From contig OZ024744.1 in the NCBI GenBank assembly GCA_964016885.1, positions 71,114,001 through 71,178,000 of the forward strand: DNA of 64,000 bases, written 5' to 3'. Both the position numbers and the translations under genes were made by a program. The number at the start of each line of letters is the position of its first letter. Position 1 is the stretch's first letter. Under the pieces are notes generated by a model, which saw only the letters and a list, made by a program, of their open reading frames with translations, searched no databases and was not told the origin of the DNA. Origin of the DNA: Eledone cirrhosa (taxonomy: Eukaryota). Below, one piece after another: positions 1 to 13,432 of the stretch.

Positions 1-415
1 GTGCATGTATGTATGTATATACATACTGCTGTACGTCTGTATACATATATGAATGTACGTATACATACTTATATTTAAGTATCAGCCGTACTAAGAGTGA
101 GAAATGAAATTTCATTTTTTCCATTTATCATTTTCGGCACGCCCGGCCGACTAACTCACTCGCTCGATATGCAAATTGGGTTGTTCAGCCGTTAATATGC
201 ATAAGGAGGTTATATACTTTCAAACGTTCAATCGATTGACAAGAAGGTATACGGTGCTGATGACAGCTAATAAGCTAGAAACTAGTTCATCGTTCCTTTG
301 TCAGTGTTGAACAAAAGGGCACCAATGGTTGCCAAACACTGTACGGCTTAATTCGGGCTGTTTGTTTACAAACAAACCGAACATTATAATAAATGTTCGG
401 TAAACCCATACGTAC
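1..415 (+). mobile_element. Non-coding HHR-bearing repeat, family A (PLE pLTR/retrozyme-like)
   Basis: Homologous to 28357-28926 (+) and ~45395-45730 (-). The head segment recurs at ~1135-1205. Contains a hammerhead fold. Confidence 0.7.
252..292 (+). ncRNA. Minimal type I hammerhead ribozyme (family A)
   Basis: cggtg-CTGATGA-c agct aata agct a-GAAAC TA GTT-catcg. Stem I cggtg/catcg, stem II agct/agct, palindromic stem III ACTAGT. Confidence 0.75.
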
Positions 416-1127
416 ATATATATATGTAGCGAAATCTGTCCGCGCCTTGAACTTTGGGTGATACCTAAAGGTTAAATTTTAGATCACCACATTTATTGTG
501 TTAACAAGTTCAGGTCGGGGGGTATGAAGTGACAGCTGTATACAGACCATGTACAAGCCATTCCACACAGAGACATCGAAGCGATAGGATATACAACTAA
601 CTATGTAAGGATTACTGCTATTAACAGACCCCTTTGGTCTACCAACAGACCCCATTAAGTCTACAGATACACACACAGAGATTGGAACCTGTATGCAGTT
701 GACGGTATTTCTCAGTTACTGCAAACCTTTCAGAGCTATACATACCATACTCTCTAACTAACACGGTCTAACAACTATTACCACGAATACCAACAACAAC
801 AACAATTATCTGTAACTCGCTGTTTTAACACCAACAACAACAACAGACTACAACAGCCTCACATCAGAAACGATAACAACTTTAACAACCATTGGTAACT
901 GTTTTTATATGTACTTATTAAATGATTCACGTGAAGTAAACTATATATAACCAAATCCTATATTCCTTATATTCTTTATATTCACGTTATTATTCCTTAT
1001 ATTATATTCATGTTATCTCTTCCAACAACATTGTTATTGTCATAACAACTAAATAACCAACATTTCTATTCTATACATATTACCATATAAACATTCTAAA
1101 TTTTCGTTTATACCTTTCGTTAAATAT

Positions 1128-1340
1128 ATGTATATCTATGTATGTATATACATACTGCTGTACGTCTGTATACATATATATATATGTAGGTATACATACT
1201 TATATTTATATATATATATATGTATATATATACATATACGTATATATATATACATACATGTATATATATACATCATGTGTATATATATACATGTATGTAT
1301 ATATATATGCATGTATATATATACATATATATATATATAC

Positions 1341-1413
<73 letters not shown>

Positions 1414-1438
1414 TATACATATATGTATATATATATAT

Positions 1439-1522
<84 letters not shown>

Positions 1523-1608
1523 ATATATATATACATACAAGTATATGTATATATATACATACATGTATATATATATATATATATACATACAAGTATATGT
1601 ATATATAT

Positions 1609-1660
<52 letters not shown>
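1128..1660. repeat. (TA)n/(TACA)n microsatellite
   Basis: Direct inspection; source of the spurious Y/I ORFs. Confidence 0.95.
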
Positions 1661-1662
<2 letters not shown>

Positions 1663-1751
1663 CCTACCTAGCTGTGTGCTTGCGCACTTTTACAAATTAT
1701 CCCCTGTGATTGTTTCATATGTTTATTTATATGTTAATCAATTTCTAGTTG

Positions 1752-1840
<89 letters not shown>

Positions 1841-1894
1841 GTGAAAGAATGAAGAGTAACATGGTTAGCTGTACAATAAGGGGCTTTATTTAAA

Positions 1895-2005
1895 GTACTG
1901 ACAATTGTTTCGTTGATCAGGTGAGTCTAGAGTTCGCTAATCACTTGAAGTTGCGTCACTCAATCTGCAATACATTATTTACCTCTGGTCAACACATCAG
2001 AGTAC
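1895..2005 (-). ncRNA. Hammerhead-like fold, family B (expanded stem II, A9U core variant)
   Basis: gtact-CTGATGT-gttgaccag...ctgatcaac-GAAAC AATT GTC-agtac. Palindromic stem III ACAATTGT. Confidence 0.6.
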
Positions 2006-2632
2006 GTAGATATAAAAATAATTCAATCGAGAACTGAACCACCTAGATTTTAACATATAGAATACACACCATCTTACTGCTATTAGCTGTCAAACGGTCA
2101 ACTGGTCACTGGATCATAAATCTATGAACATCTCTTTCACCCTCTCTCCCAGAAACAGCATCAGCCCCATTAAGATAGAACAATCAGCAAAACATTTACA
2201 ACAAGCGTTTGTCAAACGTTCATTCACCCCTAGCCTGTAAATCTCATACATGTATCCCCCAATTAATCTCTAATTTATTGTTTTTTCTTTTATCTGTCAC
2301 TACTTCAGACCCTCTACACGTATCTATGTACATCTCGAATCTGGTTTTACATGTTAGCACTAAACCCACCAAGGAATACTTATAAGAACACTTACTCAAA
2401 ACTACTACAAACATACTATGTACTTACATGCTCTCACTTATCCTTATCCTTATTTATTTATTTATATTTTCCATTTTCTCTTTTTTAATGTACCCTATCT
2501 TATCTTTTACTTTTTACATCTGTAACTTCTCTACCTATTTACCATATATGTTTTATTATTGATGTTATTGTTTTGATTATACGCTATTTTTCTATATAGG
2601 TCTTGCTTCGAGTGAATTATTTTTATATCTAC

Positions 2633-2799
2633 GTACTCTGGTGTGTTGACCAGAGGTAAATAATTGTTTCTACTTTAGGCACAAGGCCAGCAATTACCCA
2701 GTGCATTACAGGTAAATAATGTAATGGAGATCAAGTGACGCAAATTCAAGCGATTAGCGAACTCTAAACTCACATGATCAATGAAACAATTGTCAGTAC
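2633..2799 (+). ncRNA. Hammerhead-like fold, family B, mirror copy disrupted by a SINE stub
   Basis: gtact-CTGGTGT-gttgacc...tgatcaat-GAAAC AATT GTC-agtac. Confidence 0.45.
2665..2709 (-). mobile_element. 5'-truncated SINE 3' end with 11-bp TSD
   Basis: Matches the 3' end of the SINE at 22363-22541. Flanked by AGGTAAATAAT at 2654-2664 and 2710-2720. Confidence 0.85.
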
Positions 2800-3040
2800 T
2801 TTAAATAAAGCCCTTATTGTACAGCCAACCATGTTACTCTTCATCCTTTAACTATTATTACTCCAAGTACAACCTGCATAGAAATTACCGCGAACTCGCT
2901 GCATAACTATAGAAGCATCTTGTTGAGTCAAACAAAGCCGTACGTTAAAATTATCCACAACGCAGAATACTCACCACCTCTAACTGGATTACCTATAACG
3001 ATAACTTGTTATCCCATATATATATATATATATACATATA

Positions 3041-3216
<176 letters not shown>

Positions 3217-3218
3217 TG

Positions 3219-3250
<32 letters not shown>

Positions 3251-3296
3251 CATATATATGTATATATATGTATATATATATACATATATGTATATG

Positions 3297-3329
<33 letters not shown>

Positions 3330-3392
3330 ATATGTTGATTTAAAACTGAACTATCCACAAGTGATTTTTAGCCTTCATATCATGTCCTCCTG

Positions 3393-3459
3393 TTTTATCT
3401 GATGAAAACACAAATATTATTGCATGATGATATTTGTTTTTGAAATGCGCATAATAAAA
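3393..3459 (+). ncRNA. Type I hammerhead ribozyme (family C)
   Basis: ttttat-CTGATGA-aaacacaaatatt...atatttgttttt-GAAAT GCGC ATA-ataaaa. Palindromic stem III ATGCGCAT. Homologue at 51684-51750. Confidence 0.75.
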
Positions 3460-3537
3460 TACATGGAACTCCTTTAACCATCTTTTGTTCTTATATATTA
3501 TATATATATATATTATATTATTAAAATTATATTATTA

Positions 3538-5354
3538 CTAGCGGAGCTACCCGGCTTCACTCGGTGTTAAAAAGCTTATTTAGAAAACAATAATATTAAA
3601 ATTTTAATCGTTATTTAAAAACTTCTCTAATTTAGTTTCTATTTTTTAGATCTTAACATTTCTCTTTAAATGACTGAATGACTGATGAATTCAAAGAAAA
3701 CTCGTGAGAAGAACATTTAATTTATTTTACTGAAGTGCTTTTGGATACACAATGTTTTTTGTTTTTGCTTCTGGTGTGTACACGAATAAATCAGAAGGTT
3801 TACCGACGCGTGAGCAAGCCACATACAGCTGTCCACGTGAGAAGCATGGATTTTCTAAATTTAGTCCACACACTTGTAGCGATTGTCCTTGTGCTTTGTT
3901 GATAGTCATTGCAAAGGCGCACCGGAAACTGCAAACGTTTGAATTCGAATGGCGTATCTGTCGGAATCATTGGGATGCGTGGCAACAGTACATCTTCTCC
4001 TTTTAATTTTCCATTTAAAATTGTAGCTTAGATGATATTGTTCATCATCTTTTTCACTGAAAGCCTGGTACCGTTGCAAAGTTGTGGTGGATTGATGTTT
4101 CGGAGAAGGATGATAGGCACGCCAATTTTCAATGTTAAAATGTGCGGTGGCACGCCTGGCAAATCAAGTGAATTCAAGAATTCAGTTGGATAATTGATAA
4201 TTTCGTCTTGATTAATTACAGTATCAATGGACTTATACGTTGTCGCTTCGCCTGGTATTTCGTTTTGAATGCTGAAATTAATGGCATTGACATCGTTGTT
4301 TTTGGCTGCTAATATAGCACGTGCATTGAGCCACTGATGATTTTTGTAATGCTGCCCGATATTTGGGAAAACTTTGTGAATCAGTTCGTCTCTGGTTGCC
4401 GTGATTCTACAGAAGTTTGTTGGCAATGTCATACATTTTGTGGATTCATCGATTACCATTTTCCCATTCCCAATATCCAGCAATTGTTTTGTGAAACGTT
4501 CAGCGGATGCATCATTTTGTAGTTGTACACGCATATTGGTTTTTAAAGTTAATTTCTGTACGTGTCGCCATAAAACTGATGATTTGAGACATGCATTAAG
4601 CTCATCAGCGGGTGTTGATCGCGGTATAACTGGTAGAGTTTGTCGAAAATCACCAGACAATAAAATGAGTGTGCCACCGAAGAGCTGTTCATTTCCTTTC
4701 AAATCTTTTAGTGTGTTATTAAGCGCTTCCAATGATTTTTTGTGCGCCATAGTACATTCGTCCCATATAATGATTTGACTTGATTGGAGTACTTTACCTA
4801 TACCAGAATTTTTGGTGATATTGCATGTTGGTGTCTCAGTGATTTGCATATTCAATGGCAATTTCAGTGCTGAATGTGCAGTTCGGCCACCATCCAAAAG
4901 AGTTGCCGCAATTCCAGATGATGCGATTGCCAGTGCAATATTATTTTGTGATCGTATAGTTGCCAAAATAAGTGAAATGAGAAAAGTTTTGCCTGTACCA
5001 CCGGGCGCATCTATAAAATACAATCCGCCGCTTTGATTTGTAATTTCCTGCATAATTTTGTCATATACTATGCGTTGTTCTGGTACCAATTTCAGAAGAT
5101 TCGTTTGAACAAATGTACCCAATTCGGCGACATCAAAGTTTGTTTCTCGTTACAAATCACGATCGAAAATGTCGTTTACAGATCGATTCGGCGCAGGCAT
5201 TCCCAATTGTACCAGTGTTTTGTTAGCGATTGCTAAACATATGACCTCAATCGAAACCAATGCTTCATTATACACGATTGGTGTGAATTGAATATTCAGA
5301 TTTTGATTTGTTGCTTTTCCAAATCTACTAGACATAAGTCCGTATAGATGTAGA
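3538..5354 (-). mobile_element. Internally deleted Helitron
   Basis: 3' hairpin (ccgagtgaagccggg) followed by CTAG|T at 3538-3541 on the minus strand. Pif1-type helicase coding sequence. Tentative 5' TC at 5354. Confidence 0.8.
3727..5320 (-). pseudogene. Helitron RepHel C-terminal Pif1-family helicase (broken)
   Basis: Motifs DAPGGTGKT, IWDECTM, GDFRQTLPV, LCNGTRL, TINKAQGQSL and GQLYVACSRV, split by a stop and a frameshift. Confidence 0.92.
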
Positions 5355-5477
5355 TATATCACCCTCTGCCCAGTAAATAAATCAAGCCGTTAAAATGACC
5401 CACACACTTATTGGACCGTTAGAAAAAGCAGGAATTATAGACTCTCTGATATTTCATGCTGCTAGAAATATATATAT

Positions 5478-5580
<103 letters not shown>

Positions 5581-5589
5581 GATATATAT

Positions 5590-8555
5590 CACCTCATGTT
5601 GCCGGACGAGAATGCAAGGACTCCTCTTTATTTCGGCCGCGGATGGCTAACATAACCCCCGCCCCACCGTTCCCACCCTCCAAACGCAATCCAAAACTTC
5701 AGAGTTGGTACCATGAATGTAGGTACCTTAAAAGGTCGCTCTAACGAGTTTGTAGAAATGCTTGAACGTAAGGAGGTCGATGTTTGCTGTATTCACGAGA
5801 CCAGGTGGAGGGGTGGGTCTGCTAGATTCATTGTGGGTAAAGAACGATGCTATAAGCCTTTCTGGGTGGGAAATGACAATGGGCTGGGTGGAGTAGGAAT
5901 CATGGTAGCAGAAAAGTGAGCAGATAAGATAATAGACGTAAATAGAGTGAACGACAGAATAATTAAAATAAGACTTGTCCTCAATAGAACTACTGTGACA
6001 ATAATATCTGCATATGCACCACAATCCGGATTGCCTGGCGTTATAAAAGACAGATTCTATGAGTCGCTAATGCTCACTACCTCCCAAATAACCGATAGTG
6101 ACTACATAGTTATCGCTGGCGACCTAAATGGTCACGTTGGACAACATTGTGACGGCTATGACGGAATCCATGGAGGCTATGGGTTTGGTACTAGAAATGA
6201 GGAAGGCTCCAGAATCCTGGAATTCTGTGACGCAAATAACCTAACTATCTGTAACACTAACTTCAAAAAACGAGACAATCACTTGATCACCTATAGATCA
6301 GGGGAACACACCAGCCAGGTAGATTTTATCCTTACCAGAAGACGTGACAGAGTGTCTGTTGTAAACACTAAATCCCTCCCCCATGAAGAATGCACCTCTC
6401 AACATAGACTCATAATTAGCGACCTCATAGTCAGGACGAGACGTACTCGACAACAGAAGAGGACTATCCTCAGGAGAAACATATGGAAGTTAAAGGACCC
6501 CACAGCCAGTAATAAATTTAAAAGCATATTACTTGATGCTTTTGATAGTAAGGAAGAGCAATTAGAGTCGTACAATATAGAGGAACAGTGGGAATTCCTG
6601 AAAGCTAACCTGCTGAAGGCGACAGATGAAACCTGTGGCTGGAGCGGACCTATAGGCAGGAGGAGAGTAACTTGGTGGTGGAACAGTAAGGTGGACGGTC
6701 AATCAAGGCCAAAAAGCATGGCAGGATGGAGGAAGTAGAGAAGACTATCAAGTGGCCAGGAGGGAAGCTAGGAGACAAGTGTACTTCGCAAGAAGGGAAG
6801 CAGAGGAAAGAAAGTTCGAGCATGTTCTACAACGTGAGGACCAAAAACGTGAGGTGTTCAGGATTGCTAGGCAATGGGTCAAGGAAAACCGTGATATTGT
6901 CGGGGAGAAGTGTGTCCTTAATGATGATGGTGTACTTGCCATCACTGACGCTGATAAGAAGGTAGCTTGGAAGTGTCACTACGAAAGGCTACTAAATGAG
7001 GAGAATAATTGGGAGAAAGACAGTCTCCCCACATCGATCCAATAGAGGGACCAGCAGTGCAAGTTGAAGGTAGTATAATAAGTAAGGCGATCAAAGACAT
7101 GAAGACGGGCAAGGCGGCTGGGCCTTCGGAAATAGTTGCTGAAATGCTGAAAGCATCTGGAACGGTGGGACACACTATGGTCACCCGGATAGTAAACCAA
7201 GTCATACAGAATGGGGTTGTTCCGAAGGACTGGCGTAGCAGCATCATCGTTAACTGTTATAAGGGTAAAGGAGATGCCCTAGATAGGAGTAACTATAGAG
7301 GCATTAAATTAATCGACCAGGTCATGAAGGTCACGGAAAAAGTAATAGCGCAACTAATCAGAGAGCGAATTGATCTAGACGAAATGCAGTTCGGGTTTGT
7401 GTCAGGTAAAAGTACAACAGACGCTCTTTTCATTGTGCGACAACTACAGGAGAAGTACCTAGCTAAAAGTAAACCCCTATACTTAGCTGTTGTTGACTTG
7501 GAAAAAGCCTTTGACAGAGTGTCCCGCTCCATTATCTGGTGGGCCCTTAGAAAACTAGGTGTTGATGAATGGCTTGTGAGAGCTATACAAGCCATGTATA
7601 AAGGCTCCGTCCTTAGCCCCCTACTATTTATTATTGCCCTTCAGGCTATAACAGAGGAGTTCAAGACCGGCTGCCCATGGGAACTTCTATACGCAGATGA
7701 TCTAACGCTCATAGCTGAATCAATGGCTGAACTAGAGAAGAAATTCCAAACATGGAAGCATGGCCTAGAATCAAAAGGCCTTAAAATTAACCTGTCTAAG
7801 ATTAAAGTTCTAGTTTGTAGGAAGGAAAATAGGGCACTGGTCCCATCTGGGAAATGGCCATGCTCAGTGTGTACGAAAGTAGTAGTCAGAAACTCCATTT
7901 TATGTCTCAAATGCAAAGTATGGGTGCATAAAAGATGTAGTGGGATCACAGGTAAGCTAACTAAGAATATAGATTTTATATGTGGCCGGTGCTCAGATGC
8001 AATAAGTAGCAGCAAATGCCCACAGAATACTAGCTCATTCAATTGCACAGATGGTTCTATAGAAATAGTGGACAGCTTCCGTTACCTGGGTGACAAAATC
8101 AGCAGTGGTGGAGAGTGTTCTGAAAGTACAGTAGCTAGAGTCAGAACGGGATGGAAAAAGTTTAGAGAGCTTATACCACTATTGGCCGCTAAAGGGTTCT
8201 CTCTAAAAATGAAAGGCAGGCTGTATGATGCCTGCATACGAACAGCAATGTTACATGACAGTGAGACCTGGGCATTGTGTGCAGAGGATATACGCAGACT
8301 AGAGAGGAACGAAGCTTGCATGCTCCGTTGGATGTGTAATAGTAATATACGTGAACGGCAAAGCATAAATGAACTAAGGGAGAAATTAGGAATAAGAGGA
8401 ATCAGATGTTGTTTACTCGAGAGAAGACTACGTTGGTATGGTCACGTGATGCGCATGAAAGACGACAGCTGTATAAAAAAGTGCAGGGCGATAAAAATAG
8501 ACGGTAGCCACGGAGTAGGCAGACCCAGAAAAACCTGGGACGACTTGATAAACTC
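5590..8555 (+). mobile_element. RTE-clade LINE (APE endonuclease + RT), frameshifted and 3'-truncated
   Basis: APE motifs (NVGTL, ETRW, AYAPQ, GDLNGHVG, SQHRL). RT motifs ([41 protein letters not shown]). Confidence 0.92.
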
Positions 8556-11500
8556 AGTCGACGCTAGATGGTGTGATCTTCTACATGGCCTACCACCAGA
8601 TTTTTAGAAAATTAAATAAAAATCTGTTCATCGTATCATGTATGTAGAAAAACAGATTAGCAACCAGCAAAAATCCCAAACCAAGGAGCAATCAGCCCAA
8701 CCGAGCATGAAGGGCACAACAAATTTCAAAAATACATATTAAAAAAGCATGCAAGAACGTGAAAGAAAAAAAACAAAACAATGTAATGAGATGTAAATAC
8801 AATTTCCTAAAAGTTCCAAAAGTCACTACAGGATTAAAGCACCGCACAATAGCAGTTAAAAAAATATACCGTGCTACACAGTTTTTTGGGCAATGAACCC
8901 TCCGGCCGGAATGGGTCGTAGTCTTATATCTTGGTGATGGGGAGGGGGGGGGGGGGGGGGGCGAAGAAGCAGGTGTGTGTGCGAAAGAAAAAGACGGGGG
9001 CGTTTGTGGCTCAGGTGCGACAGTATCTGTGTTCAAATGTGCTCGTTTGAGTCTATCAATCGAAACCGTCTCTCTGGAACCCTTAATGTATACAGTGAAA
9101 TGTTTCTCGGAACGAGCTAATACACGGTAGGGTCCAGAGTATGGTTGTGTGAGAGGTGGTTTCACAGCATCGTTTCTCACAAACACATGGGTCCACGAAG
9201 CAATATCCCTCGGGACTGCAAATTGTACAGTTTGCTTCCTCGTATCCATCGGCTGCAGGTCCTGAAAATAAGAACGCAGACGGGATACGTAGGAAAGCGG
9301 ATCTTGTTCAGCAAAATCGACAGGGGCAAGCATTTGCCCAGGTAACGCTAGAGGAGCACCATATAACAATTCGGCCGGGGATAACCCAAGGTCCTCCTTT
9401 ATTATTGACCGAATCCCCAACAACACAATAGGGAGGTACTCGCTCCAGCGCGTAGAGTCAGGAGAAGTCCGTAGAGCGGCTTTCAGTTGTCGGTGGAAGC
9501 GCTCTACCATTCCATTAGAGGCAGGATGATATGCTGTAGTTCGGAAGCGTTTAGCGCCGATGATCTTCGCCAATTCATGGAAGAGATTTGATTCAAACTG
9601 TCTTCCACGGTCCGTTGTAATCGTAGTTGGTACTCCATATCGAGCGATCCATCCAGACACAAGGGTACGCGCTGTTGTCTCAGCAGTGATATCCCTCAGG
9701 GGGATGGCTTCAGGACATCGCGGAAAACGATTGATTACAGTCAATAAGTAATTGTAACCACCGCTGATGGGCCAAGGTCCCACGATGTCCACATGAATTT
9801 GGCGAAACCTGGCGTCCGGGTTACTAAAGGTACCAAGAGGAGTCTTAATATGTCTATGAACTTTCGATTTCTGGCAAGCAACACAGGAACGGCACCAGAC
9901 AGTAATTTCACGTCTCATATTTGGCCAGAAGAATCTAGCCGTTATGAGTTTTACTATGGCAGAAGATCCAGGATGTGAAATGCCGTGCAAAACAAGAAAC
10001 ACAGTTCGACGATGGTTCAACAGAACAAAAGGGTGTGGCGCATCCAAAGAGACGTCGCAGAGGATCCGTCCGTCTGCGGTCGATAATGGTAGGTATTTCA
10101 TCCTGCAATTCATAAATTCAGGTGATGTAACATCCAACGATTCGAGGGTAGGCTGATCGGCTGCCAAGTGATTCAAATCTATGTCATCGGACGACGAGAT
10201 TGAAGTAATCTGTAAACGAGACAGGACGTCGGCCGCTGTATTCATAGGACCCGGAATATGTTGAATATCATTTGTAAACTGAGAGATGAGATCAAGATGT
10301 TTAGTTTCTCTAGGCGAGTATTTGTCGGCCTTTGCTTGCAAGGCGAATGTCAACGGCTTGTGGTCCGTGAAGATAGTAAACGTTCTTCCCTCAAGCATGT
10401 GCGAAAAATGTTTCACTGATAAATATATTGCTAGCAACTCCCGTCCAAAGGTGCTGTAGCGGGTTTCGGCAGGTTTCAGCTTCCTGGAGAAAAATTCCAA
10501 CGGTTGCTGTTGATCGTTTCTACTTTGCTGTAAAACCGTGCCCACGGCAGTATCCGACGCATCAACACAAAGCGAAAGCTTAGCGTTGGACACTGGGTGA
10601 GCCAGCAAAGATGCATTGGCTAGAACAATTTTCGCGCTCTCAAAATCCTGGAGCTGAGTTCCATTCAAAGAAATGTCTCTATTTTTCTTTCGACAATTTT
10701 TCTAAATTTCCGTCAAGGAGAAAAGTAACTTAGCACAATTAGGCACAAACCGCCTATAAAAATTAATCAGCCCCAAGAATTGGCGCAACTGACGAAGTGA
10801 GGTTGGTGAAGGCAAATCCTCTATAGCTTTAACTCTCTCAGGAATAGGTCGAATACCGTCAGATTCAATGACGTGACCCAAAAAATTCAAAGATTCGGAA
10901 CCAAAAACACATTTTGACGCATTAATCCGAACATTGTAATTCTTTAAACGACAAAATAGAAGTTCTTGCTGAAACTTGAGGGATGGCGAATCTCGGAGCT
11001 TGATAAACTCTTCGTCAGTCTCTTGGTCAGCTGCGATCTGTTGAAGGTCGATGCCTGAATGTACATGTATTACGTTCAGCTGGATTCGGAACAGGGCATC
11101 GGCTGCTACGTTGTCTGTTCCCTTGATATGTCGAATATCAGTTGAATATTGGGAGACAAAATCCAGGTGGCGGAGTTCTCTCGGCGAATCTCGATCAGGT
11201 TTGGTACGGAACGCATAAAATAGTGGTTTATGGTCCGTGTAGATCACGAAATCCGATTCTTCGAGCATGTAGGTTGCCAAGAGTTCGCGACCAAACGTAC
11301 TGTATTTGGTTTCTGCAGGTTGCAACCGCTTAGAAAAGAAGGATAAGGGTTGCCAAACGCCGTCGACATATTGTTGTAAAACGCCTCCAACCTCCGTGTC
11401 TGATGCGTCTACTAGCAGCGAAAGAGGAGCGCCAGATCTGGGGAAAACGAGCATGGAAGCGTTTGCCAACATTTCCTTCAGGCGGTTGAAAGATGTTATT

Positions 11501-13432
11501 TCTTCCTCGTTCGGAGTGATGTCTTCGTTTTTCCGAGTCCGGTTGCGAAGAAGGTCCGTGAAGCGTCTGGTTGCGTCGGCACAATGAGGGATGAAACGCC
11601 TATAAAAAAATTCACCAGACCGAGGAATTCACGCAGTTTCCGAAGTGATGTAGGTGCAGGAAAATTGCGGATAGCTTCTACTTTCTCAGGAAGTGGACGA
11701 ATGCCGTCTTTATCAATGATGTGCCCGAGAAAGAACAGTGAAGGAACACCGAGAAGGCACTTTCTGGGGTTGATGATAATACTGTACTCGGCCAAACGTT
11801 GGAAAAGAAGATCTAAGTGCTTCTCGTGTTCTTGCTCGGAAGTACATGCTACTAGCACGTCGTCGATATACGCGTATACGAAGGGTAGATCACGTAACAC
11901 GGTGTCAATAAACCGCTGAAAAGTTTGTGCAGCGTTGCGCAGACCGAACGGCATTCGCATGAATTCAAATAAATCGAACGGTGTTGTGATTGCGGTCTTC
12001 GGAACATCAGCAAGCTCCATAGGTATCTGGTTATATGCTCGTACCAAATCTATCTTGGAAAAGATGCGTGCGCCTTGCAGAGGGGCAGAAAAGTCGTGCA
12101 AGTGAGGTACAGGGTAATTATTGGGTACTGAAGAATTGTTGAGTGCACGATAATCCCCACATGGTCGCCAATCATTCTCTGATTTCATAGGAACAAGGTG
12201 TAGGGGTGTAGACCAGTTGCTGGAGGAAGGGCGAATGATTCCAAGGTCCAGCATGTGTTGAAACTCCTGTTTGACGATCCTCAATCGGTCTGGAGGCAGT
12301 CTCCTTGGTCGGGCAGCTGTGGGTAGTCCTCTTGTCTCGATATGATGTGTTACACTATGTTTAATAGGTCCATCCTTAAATACCGGGCGGGTGATGTCTG
12401 GGTATTTATGGAGAATGTCGTTGTAAAGCGAGGGCTCTGACTGGCAAATTACAGGGCTCACTGTAGATTGCGTGGTAAATATACTTCTCACAGTGAGGTT
12501 TGTGGTGGTGTCAATAAGCCTCTGGTTCTTCATGTCCACCAGAAGGTTGAAGTGGTGGAGAAAATCGGCTCCTAAGATAGGGGTCGGCAGGTCGGCCACG
12601 ACGAACACCCATTGAAAACGACGCCTCAGGCCTAAATTGAGGGTCAGTGATTTCTCTCCGAAAGTCGGAATTGACGATCGGTTCACTGCCTGCAGAAAGG
12701 ACGGTGTTGGATGTCATTTGCCCGAGACTAGTGAAACAGGAAACCTGGGCTCCTGTATCCATGAGGTAACGGATGCCTGTCGCTTGGTCGTTGATAAAAA
12801 ATAGACGACTTTTCTTCTCAGTACCAGGGGTGAACGTCGTCGCTAGGCCCTGGTATGCCCGTTTCCCTGGTTGGTATTCTGGAAAGAGCACGGGGCCTTG
12901 CAATTAGATGCCTGTGCGCCTAATTCTGCGTGATACCAGCAAAGGCTGCCAGACACACTATTTTGACTGGGACTTCTGGATCTTCGACGGTGAAAGGACC
13001 TGGATCGACTGTTGCTGCGTCGCCGGTGTGTTCGAAAGGTCAGGTTTTCTACTTGATTTGAGAGTTCTTTAATTTGACCAGCCCGCTCTCTCATCATAGC
13101 CCGCAGTTCTGAAATCTCGGCCTCTGTCATTGGTTGTGACATGTTCACATTGGTTCTTGTTAGGCTGTGTGTTCGAATCACGTCGGAGTCACCATTTTAG
13201 CAGAAATATTTATAATGATCGTAATATCACCAAGAAGAATTATCATGATGTTGTATTCGTTGTAACTGGAAAGGTGTGTTAATAACATCACAAGACTTTA
13301 CGAAGTTTTTATGTAATTTATTTACATAAATTGAGCTGAGTAGAGCTGGCATGCCAAAACAAATGAAACAAACGTATTAAGATTTCAGAAGGTACGGTCT
13401 ACTGGCTGAAGTGTTCGCCAGGCCGTGGATAT
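8556..13432 (-). mobile_element. Ty3/gypsy LTR retrotransposon, chimeric (gag end-PR-RT-RH fused to RT end-RH-IN)
   Basis: [35 protein letters not shown] (11496-12686). Two RH blocks (VDASD...RELLA). IN with [26 protein letters not shown] and YSGPY (8692-10668). Confidence 0.92.
13162..13194 (-). promoter_or_regulatory. Primer-binding site complementary to tRNA-Trp 3' end, extended to ~33 nt
   Basis: The plus strand reads aggctgtgtgttcgaatcacgtcggagtcacca, matching the eukaryotic tRNA-Trp 3' half including CCA. It lies next to the LTR. Confidence 0.8.

Larger units (their letters stand above)
1849..2844. repeat. Foldback element: inverted arms ~1849-2029 / ~2608-2844 around a unique spacer
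   Basis: atgaagagtaacatggttagctgtacaataag... is the reverse complement of ...cttattgtacagccaaccatgttactcttcat. The right arm carries a SINE stub. Confidence 0.85.

Noticed and set aside
3676-3712. ctgatga...gaaa in the Helitron 3' region as a hammerhead
   Set aside because: No convincing stems I-III.
13162-13194. tRNA-Trp gene
   Set aside because: Only the 3' half with an encoded CCA is present, next to an LTR. It is a primer-binding site.
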